A stretch of DNA of 64,000 bases, taken from assembly GCF_001194135.2 (NCBI RefSeq), contig NC_068983.1, positions 106,344,778 through 106,408,777 on the forward strand, written 5' to 3'. The position numbers and the translations under genes were made by a program. Positions 51,501-64,000 of the stretch are shown here, one piece after another. Below the pieces are notes generated by a model. The model was not told where the DNA came from and did no database searches. It was given only the letters and a program-made list of their open reading frames with translations. The stretch comes from Octopus bimaculoides (Eukaryota). Position 1 is the stretch's first letter. Every line of letters starts with the position of its first letter.

Positions 51501-52149
51501 AGCATTAACACTAATGGTTCCGACCCAGCATGGCCACAGCCTCTGACTGAAACTACACAGCATTTTGCTGTAAAATAGTGCCTCCAAAGTTGTCTAACTC
51601 ATGCTAGCAATGAAAAATAGACACAAAAACTAATGAACAGATGTATACACACATATATGCATACATATACACATAAATACGCAAATATACACATACACCT
51701 TTACAAAAACATGTACATACACACATATTACACACATACACAAGCATGGCTGCATGGTAAGAACTTTGCTTCCTAACCACATGGTTCCAGGTTCAATCCC
51801 ACCGCGTGGCACCTTGGGCAAGTGTTTTTTTTATTATAGCCATGGGGCCTTGTGAGTGGATCTGATAAATGGAAACTGAAAGAAACCCATTGTGTGTGTG
51901 TGTGTGTATGTGTGTCTGTCTACAACAATGGTTCAGCAAAAAGACTGACAGAATAAGTACCAGGCTTTAAAAAAATAAGTACTGGTGGTTGATTCATTTA
52001 ACTAAAATTTTCAAGGTGGTACCCCCAAAGTAGCTGCAGTTCAGTAACTGAAATGAGATAAAAGGTACACCTACATATGCATGTATACAGACAGACAGAC
52101 AGAAGAAGATCTAGATACCTGTTGCATAGATCACAACTAGGAATTTCTA

Positions 52150-54130
52150 CAAAGTAATCTGCTTGGGGTTACAGATCAGACATTTAGCAAGAGCAAACTC
52201 TCAGCCAAATCAAAAGCGACACAGTGAGAGAATGACATGGCTGATAGAGTGATAAAGGCAAGGAGACAGGCTTGATAAACCTGAAAGGAAGGTGATAGTA
52301 AGGAGCATTACCAAATGACAAGAAGGGCAGCTAGGCAACAAACTTAAGGCTAAGAAGGAAAAGATTTGTGTGAGGATCAGCGGTGTGAAGTGTTCAGGAC
52401 TGCAAGAGACTATGAGAGAGAACCAAGGCGTCACTGGTGAGAAGTGTATTCAGAATGATGAAAGTATACTAGCCATAGAAATGGGGAACAATAAAGAGGC
52501 ATTGAAAGGTGCTCAACTTGGAGAATACATGGGAAAACAGGAGTTACCTTGTGCTGACTCTACAGTTCAAGTTGGCAACTATGTGGTATAAAGCAATCAA
52601 GGACATGAAGGGAAGGACAGCTGTGGGGTAGGATACATGATTACCACTCATGTAGGGTACTCATGTGGGATAGGATACATGATTACCACTCAGTTAATCA
52701 GCATACAGGAAGGGAATGACTGGTGTAGCAGTATCATTGTGAACTGCTATAAAGGCAAAGGAGATGCCTTAGAGAGGAAACTATGGAGGAATCAAACAAT
52801 TAGATCAGCAGTTATGAAGATCACAGAGAGAGAGAGCTGCAGCACAGCTGACCCATAATGGAATAGACCGAGATGAGATGCAGTTTGGCTGTGTCCCCAG
52901 ATGAGGCAATCTTCTTAGTGAGGTAACTAGAGGAGAAATACTTGGCTAAGAATAAACTGCCATTTCTGGCCTTCATTGATTTGAAGAAAGCATTTGACAC
53001 TTAGTAATTTGGTAGTCACTGAGGAAACTAGGTGGAGATGAATGACTTGTGAGGGCTGCAAAAGCCAGATACAAAGACACAGTAAGTAAAATGAGAGTCG
53101 ATAATGATTTTAGTTACAAATTTAGCATGAAGGTAGGAGTTCATCAAGGTTAAGTCCTTTCCTACTCATCACAGAGGAGTTTATGACTAGATGTCCATGG
53201 GAACTCCTATATACTAATGATTTAGTTTCCATAGCTTAATCTATAGGGGGATTAAAAAGGAAATTCTAGGCAGGGAAGTTAAACCTTAAACTGAGAGGCC
53301 TCAAAATAAACTTAACAAAGACTAATGTTTTAGGAAGTGGGAAAGAAAACAAGACCCTAGTTTCTTCAGGGATGTGGCCTGGTTTGATATGCAGACAAGG
53401 AGTAGATATAAACTCCATATGCTGTATGAATGTGAGCTATGGACACACAAGAGATGTAGTGGAATCGTAGGCAGACTATCCAAGAATGAGAGCTCTGTAT
53501 GTGGTAAGTCCACTGGAATGGTACATACTAGTAGTACACTGGAATATCTTTTCTTAAATGCTTGGATAAATCACTAGAAATGGTTGATAGCTTTTATTAT
53601 CAAGAAGATGTAATTATCAAGGGAGGTGATTGCTCTGAAAGTATTGTAACCAGAACAAGAATGGCTTGGAGGAAGTTAGGGGAGCTACTACATCTCCTGG
53701 TAACAAATGTCTTTTCCTTCAGAGCAGATGGGCAGACTGTATGGTGTTTGCACTAGAACTGCAATGCTACATGGAAGTGAGGCATAAGCCTTCAATGCAG
53801 AGGGCTTGAGAAGACTGGAAAAGAAATGAAGTGAGCATACACCAATTGGATGTAAAATGTAAGTGTACATGAAAGACATAGTACAAATGTGTTGAGAGAA
53901 AAACAGGGCATGGGAGGAATTAGATGTAGTGTGCAAAGAAAAAAGACTGTGCTGGAATGGACATGTGATGGAGACAGTTACATAGAGAAGAGCTAATCAC
54001 TAAATGTGGATGGAGCCTGCAAAAGAGGGTAGCCCAGGAAGACATGAGACAAAGTGGTAAAGGCTGGTCTCAGGATCTTGAACCTCAAATGTGATGACAA
54101 AGGACTGGGATGACTTGCAATATGTGGTTC
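52150..54130 (+). mobile_element. Long decayed RTE LINE reverse-transcriptase region
   Basis: FIDLKKAFD at 52972-52998, VGVHQG at about 53133, PWELLYTNDL (YADD position) at about 53195-53224, then RMAWRKLGELL. Many stops. Confidence 0.8.
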
Positions 54131-55070
54131 TTGTGAAGACCTGCCCACCTCAGCAAAAAACTGAGTTATGGTACAACTGTATGTGCATAACTGAGCCCTT
54201 CACCCAATTTCCATCCTCTTCAAGACACCCCCTCTTCATCACCACTCATTACTTCCCTTACTGCAGTTCTTCCTTGATACCACTTATCTTCTTACCACCT
54301 AGAACCATTCCACTTGTTATCCATCCTTTATCCATTAATACTGTTCTCTCCATTCATACTTTTATTGATCAATCATCCCAACTGAGCCACCCTCCTGCAA
54401 CAGATCAAACATCATGTCATCTCTCTTTCATCCTTTTTCTGTCTACTGTATTATCATTAGTATTGTGCCCACACTTATCAGATCTCCTCCTCCTCCTTAT
54501 TCACTCCTGACAACCCTGCCCCACTCATACCTTGGAGGTCCCTATTTTGACATCCATCATCTCCACTATTTTTATCACTTTCTGGCCCCACTCAATCATG
54601 CCCACCCTCTCCTATAAAATGTGTGTAGCCATCTAGCTCCTTTACAGCAACAAAGCTGTTCAGGCCGGACCCTTTTCTCTCATACTTCATCCTTCTTTAC
54701 TCCTCATCTCTAAATATAAAGGTGCTCCCTCAGGATTCATAGTCTTGCAAGATACATGGCAACCTCACTGGTGCTGGTAGCACAAGAAACGCACCCAGTA
54801 AACACCGTAAAGCGGTTGGCAAAACCATGCCAGAGCAGACCCTGGAACACAATGCAGTCCTTAGGTTCATCAGAACCTGTCAAACTGTCCAACACATGCT
54901 AGCAGGGAACATAGACATTAAATGATGATGACATGCATACATATGCATGCACACACACACATATGTACATATATATATTTATACAAAGATATATTCAAGA
55001 ATTACACATAAACATACTCATATATATACACATATACATGTGTGTGTATGTGTTTGTGTATATATGTGTG

Positions 55071-55106
<36 letters not shown>

Positions 55107-55276
55107 CATGCACACACACACAAACAAACAAAATGGAGTTAAAACGATGTTGCTGATAAGTGTATATACCTTTACACACACATTTGCGTATGTATACGCA
55201 TAGATATTTGCAATATATTTATACTCAAATATTTGCATATATTTATACGCGCACACACTTGAATATGAGTATATTA

Positions 55277-55330
<54 letters not shown>

Positions 55331-56336
55331 CTCAATGAGAGAGGGAGAGAGAGAGAGAAAGAGAGAGCTACACCTTAGAGAGAAATATATGAAAATACAT
55401 GAAAAGAAAATCTGTGTCACTCTATAGAAATGAACCAGAGTTATGAATGGAATAATACAATCGTTTAAACTGTATCTCAACAAGTTGTAAATAAAAAAAA
55501 TAATAGAATATATATACATAAACAATTTGAATAATGAAAGAAAATTGTATACATCAGGTCAAAGATATATATTTGTTTATCATTGGAAAGAGAAAGCAAG
55601 AAAACAGATTTTTAGGATAGAGATATATGAAATCTGTGTATCACTATGCAATATAATTCATAGTATTAATTTAATTTCATAAAATGCTAAATTCTTATTT
55701 GAGTAGAGTCGATTTATAGCATTTGTTATCATTTGGAGGGAGGCCAGACTAGTTGCATACATACTGACTTTTACTATCAACAATCAATAACTGCCAATTA
55801 ATTTGGCAGTTGTCGGTACAATAGTACCTAAGCAATCCCACTGCCACAATCTACCTACCCAAAAAGGTGTACATAAAATAAGGAGGAAAAAATATGAATT
55901 TATTTTTATTTAAAAACTAAAGACACTCATCATTTAAAGGAAATTAAGAGTAGGAAAAAATGATTTATTTATTGTTAAACCACATTAAACAACAAAAGAA
56001 ACATCTTATGAAGACTATTTCCCTAAAAAATATAGTCCAGACAGTTTTTTTATTTTTTTATTTTCAGCTGATTTCTGCCCGTGATTGTGGGCGGCATTCT
56101 GACCCCTACTCAAAAATACATTTCTATATCAAAATGACGTTATTTATTCACTACTTTGAGAGAATAAATAAACACATGACCCTACTCAAGCAGGACATAA
56201 ACAGGAAAAACGTAATCTTTTAATAGTCGTCATTCTGCTATCGAATCATTGTTGATAAGTCTCTATTTTCCCTTTTGTTGTATTCTCAAAAACATCACGA
56301 CCTACTGCAAAGTTTAACACGATATATATCTGTCTA

Positions 56337-56382
<46 letters not shown>

Positions 56383-57559
56383 CAATAAAATATATAGATA
56401 CAAAAACTAACGGGGTTATCTGCAATATGATATTAAAGTATAATTCCAAACGTTTTCTTCCATCCAGACTCTCCCACGCACTTTCAGCATTTCTCCTATA
56501 TCATAACATGAGTCAGTATATAGTTCCACACATTCGACATATACATAAAGGTTGCACATGTGTTATAAATGCATCAGTTAATAACGAATCGGCAACAGGG
56601 TTTTAAAGTAACAACATTATCCTCGAATAAATAAAATTAAAAAAAAAAAGAGAGAGAAATGAAGACACAAACAACAACAGCACATAAAACAACAGACATT
56701 CCACCTTGCAGAAAAGTTTCATCATTATTATTTTTGAAACCACCACAATTACTATTATTATTATTATTACTAGAAGTATGGGCGAGATGGCAGAATAGTT
56801 AACGTGTTGGACAAAATGCTGAGCAGCATTTCTTCCGGCTCCTTACGTTCTGCTTTCAAATACAGCCGAAGTCAACTTTGCTTTTCATTCTTTCAGGGTC
56901 GATAAAACAAAATACGAGTCAAGCACTCGAGTCGATATAATCAACACCTCTCCCCCACCAAAAAAACTGCAGGCCTTGTGCCACAATTTAAAATAATTAT
57001 TATCGACTTTGCCTTTCATCTTTTCAGGGTCGATAAAAAAAAGTACTAGTTGAGAACTGGGGTCGAATTAAGCGACTAGACCCCTCCCCCACAATTTCAT
57101 GCCTTGCGTCTAAAGTAGAAAAGGTTATTATTATTATTATTTCTTTATATACAATGTTCAAATCCAGCTAAGATCAACTTTGTGTTTCAGCCCTTTGGGT
57201 CGATAAAGCACTGTCTAGTATTGGGCTCGATTAACCCACTTGCCCTCGAAATTACCGGCTTTGTACCTTAATCAGAAACAATTATTATTGTTACGAGTCA
57301 ATAGAGCATCCTATATATATATAATAATATTGGTTCGCTAGAAATAGCAGCAATATTTTCAAAAATGTAGACACAAAGTCACACGTTTGGAAAAGGGAAC
57401 AGTCGATATAAAATTAACCATAAACACTTTAGCTGACTGTTACTTCGTTTTATCGACCCTAGAAAAATGAAACCGTGATAATGTCACTGATTAATTTCTC
57501 TCCTATCCTAAAGGAAAAAAAAAATAATAATAATAAATGAACTTTTTCAAATCATTCAC

Positions 57560-57628
57560 CGGTAACACTACATTTGAAGGTAGCGATAATGTCGGCACCG
57601 CAGGTAAACATTTACATCCAGTCAAAGA
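57560..57628 (-). other. TMEM94: Probable second non-coding 5' UTR exon (69 nt)
   Basis: Acceptor cttgttttttag at 57629 and donor CCG|GTGAAT at 57559 define a 183-nt intron from the upstream donor. Confidence 0.45.
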
Positions 57629-57811
57629 CTAAAAAACAAGTGATGTTGTCTGCTATACATTTCAATTGCAAATTTTCTATGAAGCAAATCTATTACAGAC
57701 GAACACTTCAAACCTTTATAAACGCATATATCTATTCAATGATATATCAAGATATATACATATATATAAGCAACAAGCAAATAATTTTGCTTCGTGTTAA
57801 AATTAGCTTAC

Positions 57812-57910
57812 CTAGAGTGATCAGACTTCCCACCAGAGTTTCCTTTCAATTAATTCGGACAATAATGAGACCAAATGTTCATACATAACTTCTCCTTTCA
57901 CATGCATAGA
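57812..57910 (-). other. TMEM94: Probable non-coding first exon (5' UTR) of the minus-strand gene; TSS position approximate
   Basis: Donor TAG|GTAAGC at 57811, directly downstream of the promoter motifs. Assignment to TMEM94 is inferred because no other coding exon was found between 30 and 57.5 kb. Confidence 0.5.
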
Positions 57911-57965
57911 AATATGGCGGTAACGTTTGTAACGAGCTCTCTGATTGGTTGAATTATCGTTCTTG
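57900..57965 (-). promoter_or_regulatory. Candidate core promoter: CCAAT box (AACCAATCAG, 57950-57941) and YY1-type CCGCCATATT (57920-57911)
   Basis: Both motifs read directly on the minus strand in a locally CpG-retaining patch, immediately upstream of a consensus splice donor. Confidence 0.55.
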
Positions 57966-59730
57966 TGTTCATGTGATTTTTTTGTTTGTTTTATGTTCTA
58001 CTTGTTTGTATGAGTGGTGTGGTGTGAGTATTGTGTTGCGTGTGTTGTGCAAGGGTGGGCTTGTGGTGCATGCAATTATTTTCTCATAGATGCACATGTG
58101 TGTGGGTGTCTCTCTTTTCTTTCTCTCCTCCTCTGTGTGTGTGTATGTATGCAATGTGTATGCACATTTACATACATACAGACCGTCAGACTTCAAAGAA
58201 TTAAAAATAGAAATACAAGACAGACGAACGTATATGCAAACATGCATAGGTACGGTGCTGGCTGTGTGGTAAGAAGTTTGCTTCCCAAACTATTGCTTCT
58301 AGCTTCAACCCCGGAATGTCTTTTACTTTAGCGCCGAGCCGACCAAAGCTTCGTGAGTAGATTTGGTAGACAGAAACTGAAAGAACCCCGTCGTATATAT
58401 ACGTGTGTGTGTGCTTCTATGTTTGTGCCCCACCACCGCTTGACAACCGGTGTTAGTGTGTTTACGTCCCCGTAACTTAGCAGTTCAGCAAACATGACTG
58501 ATAGAATAAGTACCTGGCTTTAAAAAAGCACCGAGGTCAATTCATTTGACTAAAATTTTCCAAACTGGTGCCCCAGTATGGCCACAAGTCTAATGAATGA
58601 GACATGTAAAAGATAAAAGAGGCATGTATGCGTATATATGTACATACGTACATGTGAGTCTCAGTTGACTCTAAATATGATATCAGTTTATTGCATGTTG
58701 AGTTGACAATTATCTATCTTTGGTGTTTAATGCTAAGACACTTGACTTGCAATTAGCTCAGTCTACAGGCACAACAATTTGCTATTTAGTCTAAAGTCAG
58801 CACAGATCAAGAAGACTAATAATCAAAGCATTCCAATCAAGACCATCACATACTATTTTCAGACAATACAACTAGAGCTGCACTTTCTGATGTGTCCTTC
58901 CTATTTTTTGCATTTCTAAGATGTACTTTGAGGGAAATTTACATGCAGTTTCTTGCAGATAGAATAAACACGTAAAAGCTCATCTGTCAGCACAGAAGTA
59001 GGTGAAGTAGCATTATATGATTTATGACGGCTCTATTTGTTTACAGGACTGAGTCCATATCCTGCATTACACTAGAAGATTACATGAAACTGGATGCTGC
59101 TCTATTCCCCAGTTTTCAACTAGAGCAGTGGTTTTCAACTGGGTCAGTATGACCCCCAAGGAGCCCAAATAAGATTTTTGTGGGTCCATGCAAGGAAAAT
59201 AGTAAATTGGATATCCACAAGTAGTATTTTAAGGGTTAATGAAAAAATTTTTCTTTATACGTATTTATTGCAAGAAACAGCTAAGTTTCTTACTCTAACA
59301 TGTTTACATAATTCAACCTACACGAATTAATGTGTGAAAAGCAAAATAGGAATTTTTAAAGAACTGTCAATAAAACTAGTTTGTAAGCATCAAATGGCTA
59401 TGGGATCCACCAGAATAAAATAGTAATCAAAGAGGTCCACGTGTAAAAAAATGGTTGAGAACTGCTGAACAAATGTTTCAATATTTTTCATTAACCTTAC
59501 CGTTAAATTGGGCTTCTAGCTCTAATTTGAGCTACTCTTTATTTTACTTTGGTACTAATTTTACCATTTTTTTTTGTATGAAGTAGTGAAGTAGCTGTTC
59601 CCTTATTGAATTACTTCCCTTTATTGATTTACCTCCTTTTTTAGGGAGTAAACACTGCAAAGAATGCACACAAGCATAGACACACTTGTATGTGTGTGTG
59701 TATGTGTGCATGTATATATATATATGTATG

Positions 59731-59765
<35 letters not shown>

Positions 59766-60034
59766 NNNNNNNNNNNNNNNNNNNNNNNNNNNNNNNNNNN
59801 NNNNNNNNNNNNNNNNNNNNNNNNNNNNNNNNNNNNNNNNNNNNNNNNNNNNNNNNNNNNNNNNNNNNNNNNNNNNNNNNNNNNNNNNNNNGGGTATTGG
59901 AGTCAACCAAACCCTAAAGATACAGGTAATACCGAGTAAGTGCTGTATACCGACTAGTTTTGCCCCTGTCATTGTATGAACATGAGTGGGGAGTATAACA
60001 TAGGTCGTGTATTAGCGTGTGTATGTATAAATAA

Positions 60035-60194
60035 AAAGAAAAGGATAAAGTGACCAATGGCAAAGTTAGAATTTAGAATTATATTTTATGGATAAAGTCT
60101 TACAGCTGTAAAAAGTCTTACAGCTGTAAGACTTTATCCATAAAATATAATTCTAAATTCTAACTTTGCCATTGGTCTCTTTATCCTTTTCTTT
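60035..60194. repeat. Near-perfect ~160-bp palindrome centred on TTACAGCTGTAA, with an 18-bp tandem duplication at the centre
   Basis: Arms of about 70 nt with one mismatch; AAAGTCTTACAGCTGTAA repeated at 60094-60111 and 60112-60129. Confidence 0.85.
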
Positions 60195-61681
60195 CTTTAT
60201 ATATATATATACACACACACACACCCATGTGTGACCTTGACTTTTGTATTCAGTTAGCCATTTGTGAATGTATACGCAACCAAAGAACAAATTTGTGTTT
60301 ATTTTAGTAAGTACGTATTTGTCCTTAAATACTGTTTGTACACGATAGTGCTATCACCAACTTGACTTGGGTGTTTTACTAATTAAGTATCTGATTCTCC
60401 TGAATCCTGGAAATTACACACACACACACATACATATATACATAAGAAATCGAAAATAAATTTGATGACAGCACTGCATGACTGGCACCATCCAAGTGTG
60501 ATTGTTGCTAGAGCAGTTGACTGGCTTCCATGCCGGTGGCACATAAAAAGCACCATTTGAGCTTAATTCATTACCAGCACCGCCTTACTGGCGCTTGTAC
60601 TGGTGGCACATGAAAAATATTCAAGTGAAGTCATTGCCAGTGCTGCTGGACTGGCTCCTGTGCAGGTGGCACGTAAAAAACACCATTTTGGCATGGCCGT
60701 TGTCAGTTCTGCCTGACTGGCCCACTACAATCTCGAAGTGGTTGTCGTTAGGAAGGGCATCCAGCTGTAGAAACTCTGCCAGACCAGACTGGAGCCTGGT
60801 GCAGCCATCTGGTTCGCCAGTCCTCAGTCAAATCTTCGAACCCATGCCAGTATGGAAAGTGGACGTTAAATGATGATGATGATGATACATACAGGGAAAT
60901 AGTAAAATTTCCAGAGATTTTATACCATAGAGTGAAGAGTTTTCAATGTTTTGGACAGAGCCCTTTTCTGGGGGAAGAGAGAAAAGATTTTCTTTGTGTT
61001 TAAATCATGAAAGAGTGGAGAAAAACATGAATGACAGAAAACGAAAGTCTGAATGTATTTACAGACATGATTGAATCAGTGACTATCTCAACACGTCTAT
61101 ATGCCAATACTTTTATGTGATAATGAATAAAAAAAATGGTATAGGCATGTACCAAACATTTGACATGGCAACAATCGAACCACAATCATTTGGAACATGC
61201 CTATCCAAATTGTTCAGATACAATTATCAAGGATTGGAAAGGAAATACATGTAAGTTGATAGACATTATGATTGCTGGTCAAAACAATGCCTGAAAGGAA
61301 GTGGAAGAAACTAAAATTGAAATAAATAGGATTGGAGGCATGAAGTCAAAACAGTACCAATAATATAACTGGAACTCTAGGTATGATAAATAATATATGA
61401 AGTTTAGGTATGATAAACAATTAATCTGATGCATGCAATTGGAGTAGCATTAAATTAAAATAACCAGCTTTGTATCATTCTTAAAGTATATACACTTTCA
61501 GAGGCTTTGTCAATGACATGAACTTGCAGTCAGCTACATGCTTGAGCAAGATTTATCACCTCTAATATAGGAAGCAGTGAATAATACATTCACTGATATT
61601 GCAAATAGCTGCTAGGTTGAATAAATAATCTGGTATATGCAATTGAAGCAATACTAAATTAAAATAGCCAGTATGTATCAT

Positions 61682-62585
61682 TTCTTTCTTTCTTGCCTTT
61701 AACCCTCCAATGCGGAGTATAGGCCACTTATAATTGAATTCCATGTTGCATAATTTCTCGCTTTTGTACTTATATTCTGCCATGAATGTCTCCCTTTCTC
61801 TTGTTCCTTTTGTGTTGATCTACGCCATGAGTTCTTAGGCCTATCCATCTTTCTATATCCATCCGGATTCCATTGTAAAGCACTTTCCGCTACATTTGGT
61901 GTGTCCTTTCTAATTGTGCTACCAATCCACTTCCACTTTTTCTTAAATATTTGCTCTCTAATCAAAACTTGATTCGTTCTTTGCCATAGGTCCATATTGC
62001 TTATGTGTTCGGGCCATCTGATTTTAAGTATACTACCCAAGCACCTGTTGATGAATGATTGTATTTGCTTATTTGACTTAACTGTTGTTCGCCATGTCTC
62101 AGCCCCATGCAATAACAATACTTCGGATAAATTCGAAGTAAAAACAGTATACTTTCTCCCTTTTTATTTCTACTAGATATAGATTGGATTATGAAGGAAA
62201 CTACGATTGAAAGCCAAACAGGCATTGAATGGACGGATGCAGAAGCTCTAGAAGATCTCGACTTTGCAGATGATATAGCGCTACTTTCACAAACATATAG
62301 CCAAATGCAAAATAGAACATCAAAATTAGAAGCAATAGCTGCCAAACTAGGATTGAAAGTCAACTGCGGCAAATCAAAAATTATGCACGTTAATGAAGAA
62401 AACAGTAAACATATTAAACTAGAAACCGGTGAACTAGAGGATGTAGCCGAGTTTACGTATTTAGATAGCAAGATAACGTTCTCAGGCGGCACCAACGAAG
62501 ATATTAAGATGAGAATAAGTAAGGTAAGGACCGCTTTCCACCTGTCAAAAGAAGTATGGAGCGCAAGTGTAATTTCAATAAAGAA
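61682..62585. mobile_element. RTE-clade LINE, 5'-truncated and 5'-inverted (twin-priming structure)
   Basis: RT segment LSPFLFLLDIDW...DLDFADDIALL on + (62149-62589). The contiguous C-terminal segment ...LLHGAETW...KWIG...RPKNSWRRS is on - (62154-61699), followed by an AAGA-type tail. 13-bp TSD CAGTATGTATCAT at 61669-61681 and 62586-62598. Confidence 0.9.
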
Positions 62586-62961
62586 CAGTATGTATCATAC
62601 TAAATGTATATACACTGATGATAGGCACATACTGTTTACATCTGAGATAAAATCTCTTATAGATGTGCCTCATTTAAAAACACAGTATGTACACTGAAGG
62701 GAAACAAAAGATCATTCCAGCAGAATGCCTGTCAATGGAGTATATAACTAAGTATGATACACAGATGGCTAAGGAAAAAATATATGAGCCTACACACTGT
62801 GCCATAAAAAGCTCTGCTAGATACAGCTCACATCCTTTGCAAGACACTTTCACTTCATGTGCATGACTTGAATAGTACACTCCCTGCACACAACATATGC
62901 TCTATATAATCAAAGCCCAATAAAATGACACAAGTCACTTGCTATGTACTATATATATGGT

Positions 62962-63880
62962 CAATCATCATCATCATCATTAAAGTCCGCTTTCCTTGCT
63001 AGCATGGGCTGGATGATTTGACTGAAGACTGGCGAACCAGATGGCTGCACTAGGCTCCAATCTGATCTGGCAGAGTTTCTACAGCTGGATGCCCTTCCTA
63101 ACGCCAACCACTCCAAGAGTATAGTGGGTGCTTTTACATGCCACCAGCACGAGGGCCAGTCATGCAGTACTGGCAACAGCCACGCTTAAAATTGTGTTTA
63201 TTTTACATGCCATCTGCACAGGAACCAGTCCAGCGGCACTGGCAATGACCTCGCTCGAATGATTTTCTAAATGTGCCACCAGCACAAGTGCCAGTAAGGC
63301 GACGCTGGGTAATGATCACGCTCAAATGGTGCTATTTACGTGCCACTAGCATGGAAGCCAGACAGCTGCTCTGGCAATGATCACACTCAGATGGTGCTAT
63401 TAGTGTTCCACTGGCACAGGTGCCAGTCATCGAATATGGTTCAATTACGATTTCGATTTCACTTGCCCCAACAGGTCTTCACAAGCAGAGTTTAGTGTCC
63501 AATGAAGTAAAGATACGAATAAGTGAGCTGGCTACACTTCTGGCAGAGGCCAGAGATTATGCTCTCACTTGGCTTGCCGGGTCTTCTCACGTACTGCATA
63601 TTTCCAAAGGTCCCAGACACTAGTCATTGCCTCAGTGAGGCCTAAAGTTTGAAGGTCGTGCTTCACCACCTCATCCCAGGTCTTCCTGGGTCTATCTCTA
63701 CCACAGGTTCCCTCAACCGCTAGGGTGTGGCACTTTTTCACACAGCTATCCTCATCCATTCTTGCCACATGACCATACCAGTGCAATCATCTTTCTTGCA
63801 CACCACAACTGATGCTTCTTAGGTCTAACTTTTCTCTCAAGGTACACTCTGTTGAGTATGCACACTGACATTACACATAT
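62962..63880 (-). mobile_element. 3' end of an abundant RTE LINE family (RT C-terminus, long repetitive 3' UTR, (GAT)n tail); relatives at about 7944-8470 (-), 11655-11880 (-), 31884-32830 (-), 44660-44905 (-), 45775-46562 (+), 47550-47765 (+), 60470-60887 (+)
   Basis: ORF 63565-63786 ([17 protein letters not shown]...GRDRPRKTWDEVV) is a typical RTE RT tail. The ...GGACGTTAAACGATGATGAT termini are near-identical between copies. Confidence 0.88.
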
Positions 63881-63953
63881 ATATATATATATGAATATGT
63901 ATATGTATATATATATGTATATACATATATATATGTATATATATGTATGTATG

Positions 63954-64000
<47 letters not shown>

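Noticed and set aside
57589-57610. Plus-strand ATGTCGGCACCGCAG|GTAAAC (MSAPQ plus donor) as the first exon of a divergent gene
   Set aside because: No compatible downstream coding exon was found on + up to 64 kb, and the same bases fall inside a better-supported minus-strand UTR exon. Not excluded without RNA data.
59041-59160. Plus-strand acceptor plus short open frame (TESISCITLEDYMKLDAALF...)
   Set aside because: It runs into a hAT MITE and stops, with no donor and no recognisable protein.

Overview
AT-rich, repeat-dense eukaryotic genomic DNA with N-gaps. The SINE/RTE repeat set and microsatellite load look like an Octopus draft assembly (inference). The only host gene is a minus-strand TMEM94 (KIAA0195/ERMA, P-type-ATPase-like ER membrane protein) orthologue. 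Eight phase-compatible GT-AG coding exons (29969 down to 8) give the N-terminal 431 codons, and the gene continues off the left edge. A probable promoter (CCAAT box plus YY1-type motif) with two non-coding exons lies at about 57.5-57.95 kb. The introns hold tRNA-derived SINEs, RTE/CR1 LINE fragments, mariner relics, a piggyBac element with TTAA MITEs, and hAT MITEs. Two things stand out. (1) Several unrelated inverted-repeat insertions carry minimal type-I hammerhead ribozyme motifs of the Penelope-like-element kind. One motif has a near-complete fold on the sense strand of the TMEM94 pre-mRNA (26319-26381), and two sit downstream of tRNA-like Pol III heads. (2) An RTE-clade LINE insertion has a full twin-priming signature: 5' inversion, 13-bp TSD and microhomologies at both junctions. 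No prokaryotic systems or CRISPR arrays were seen.
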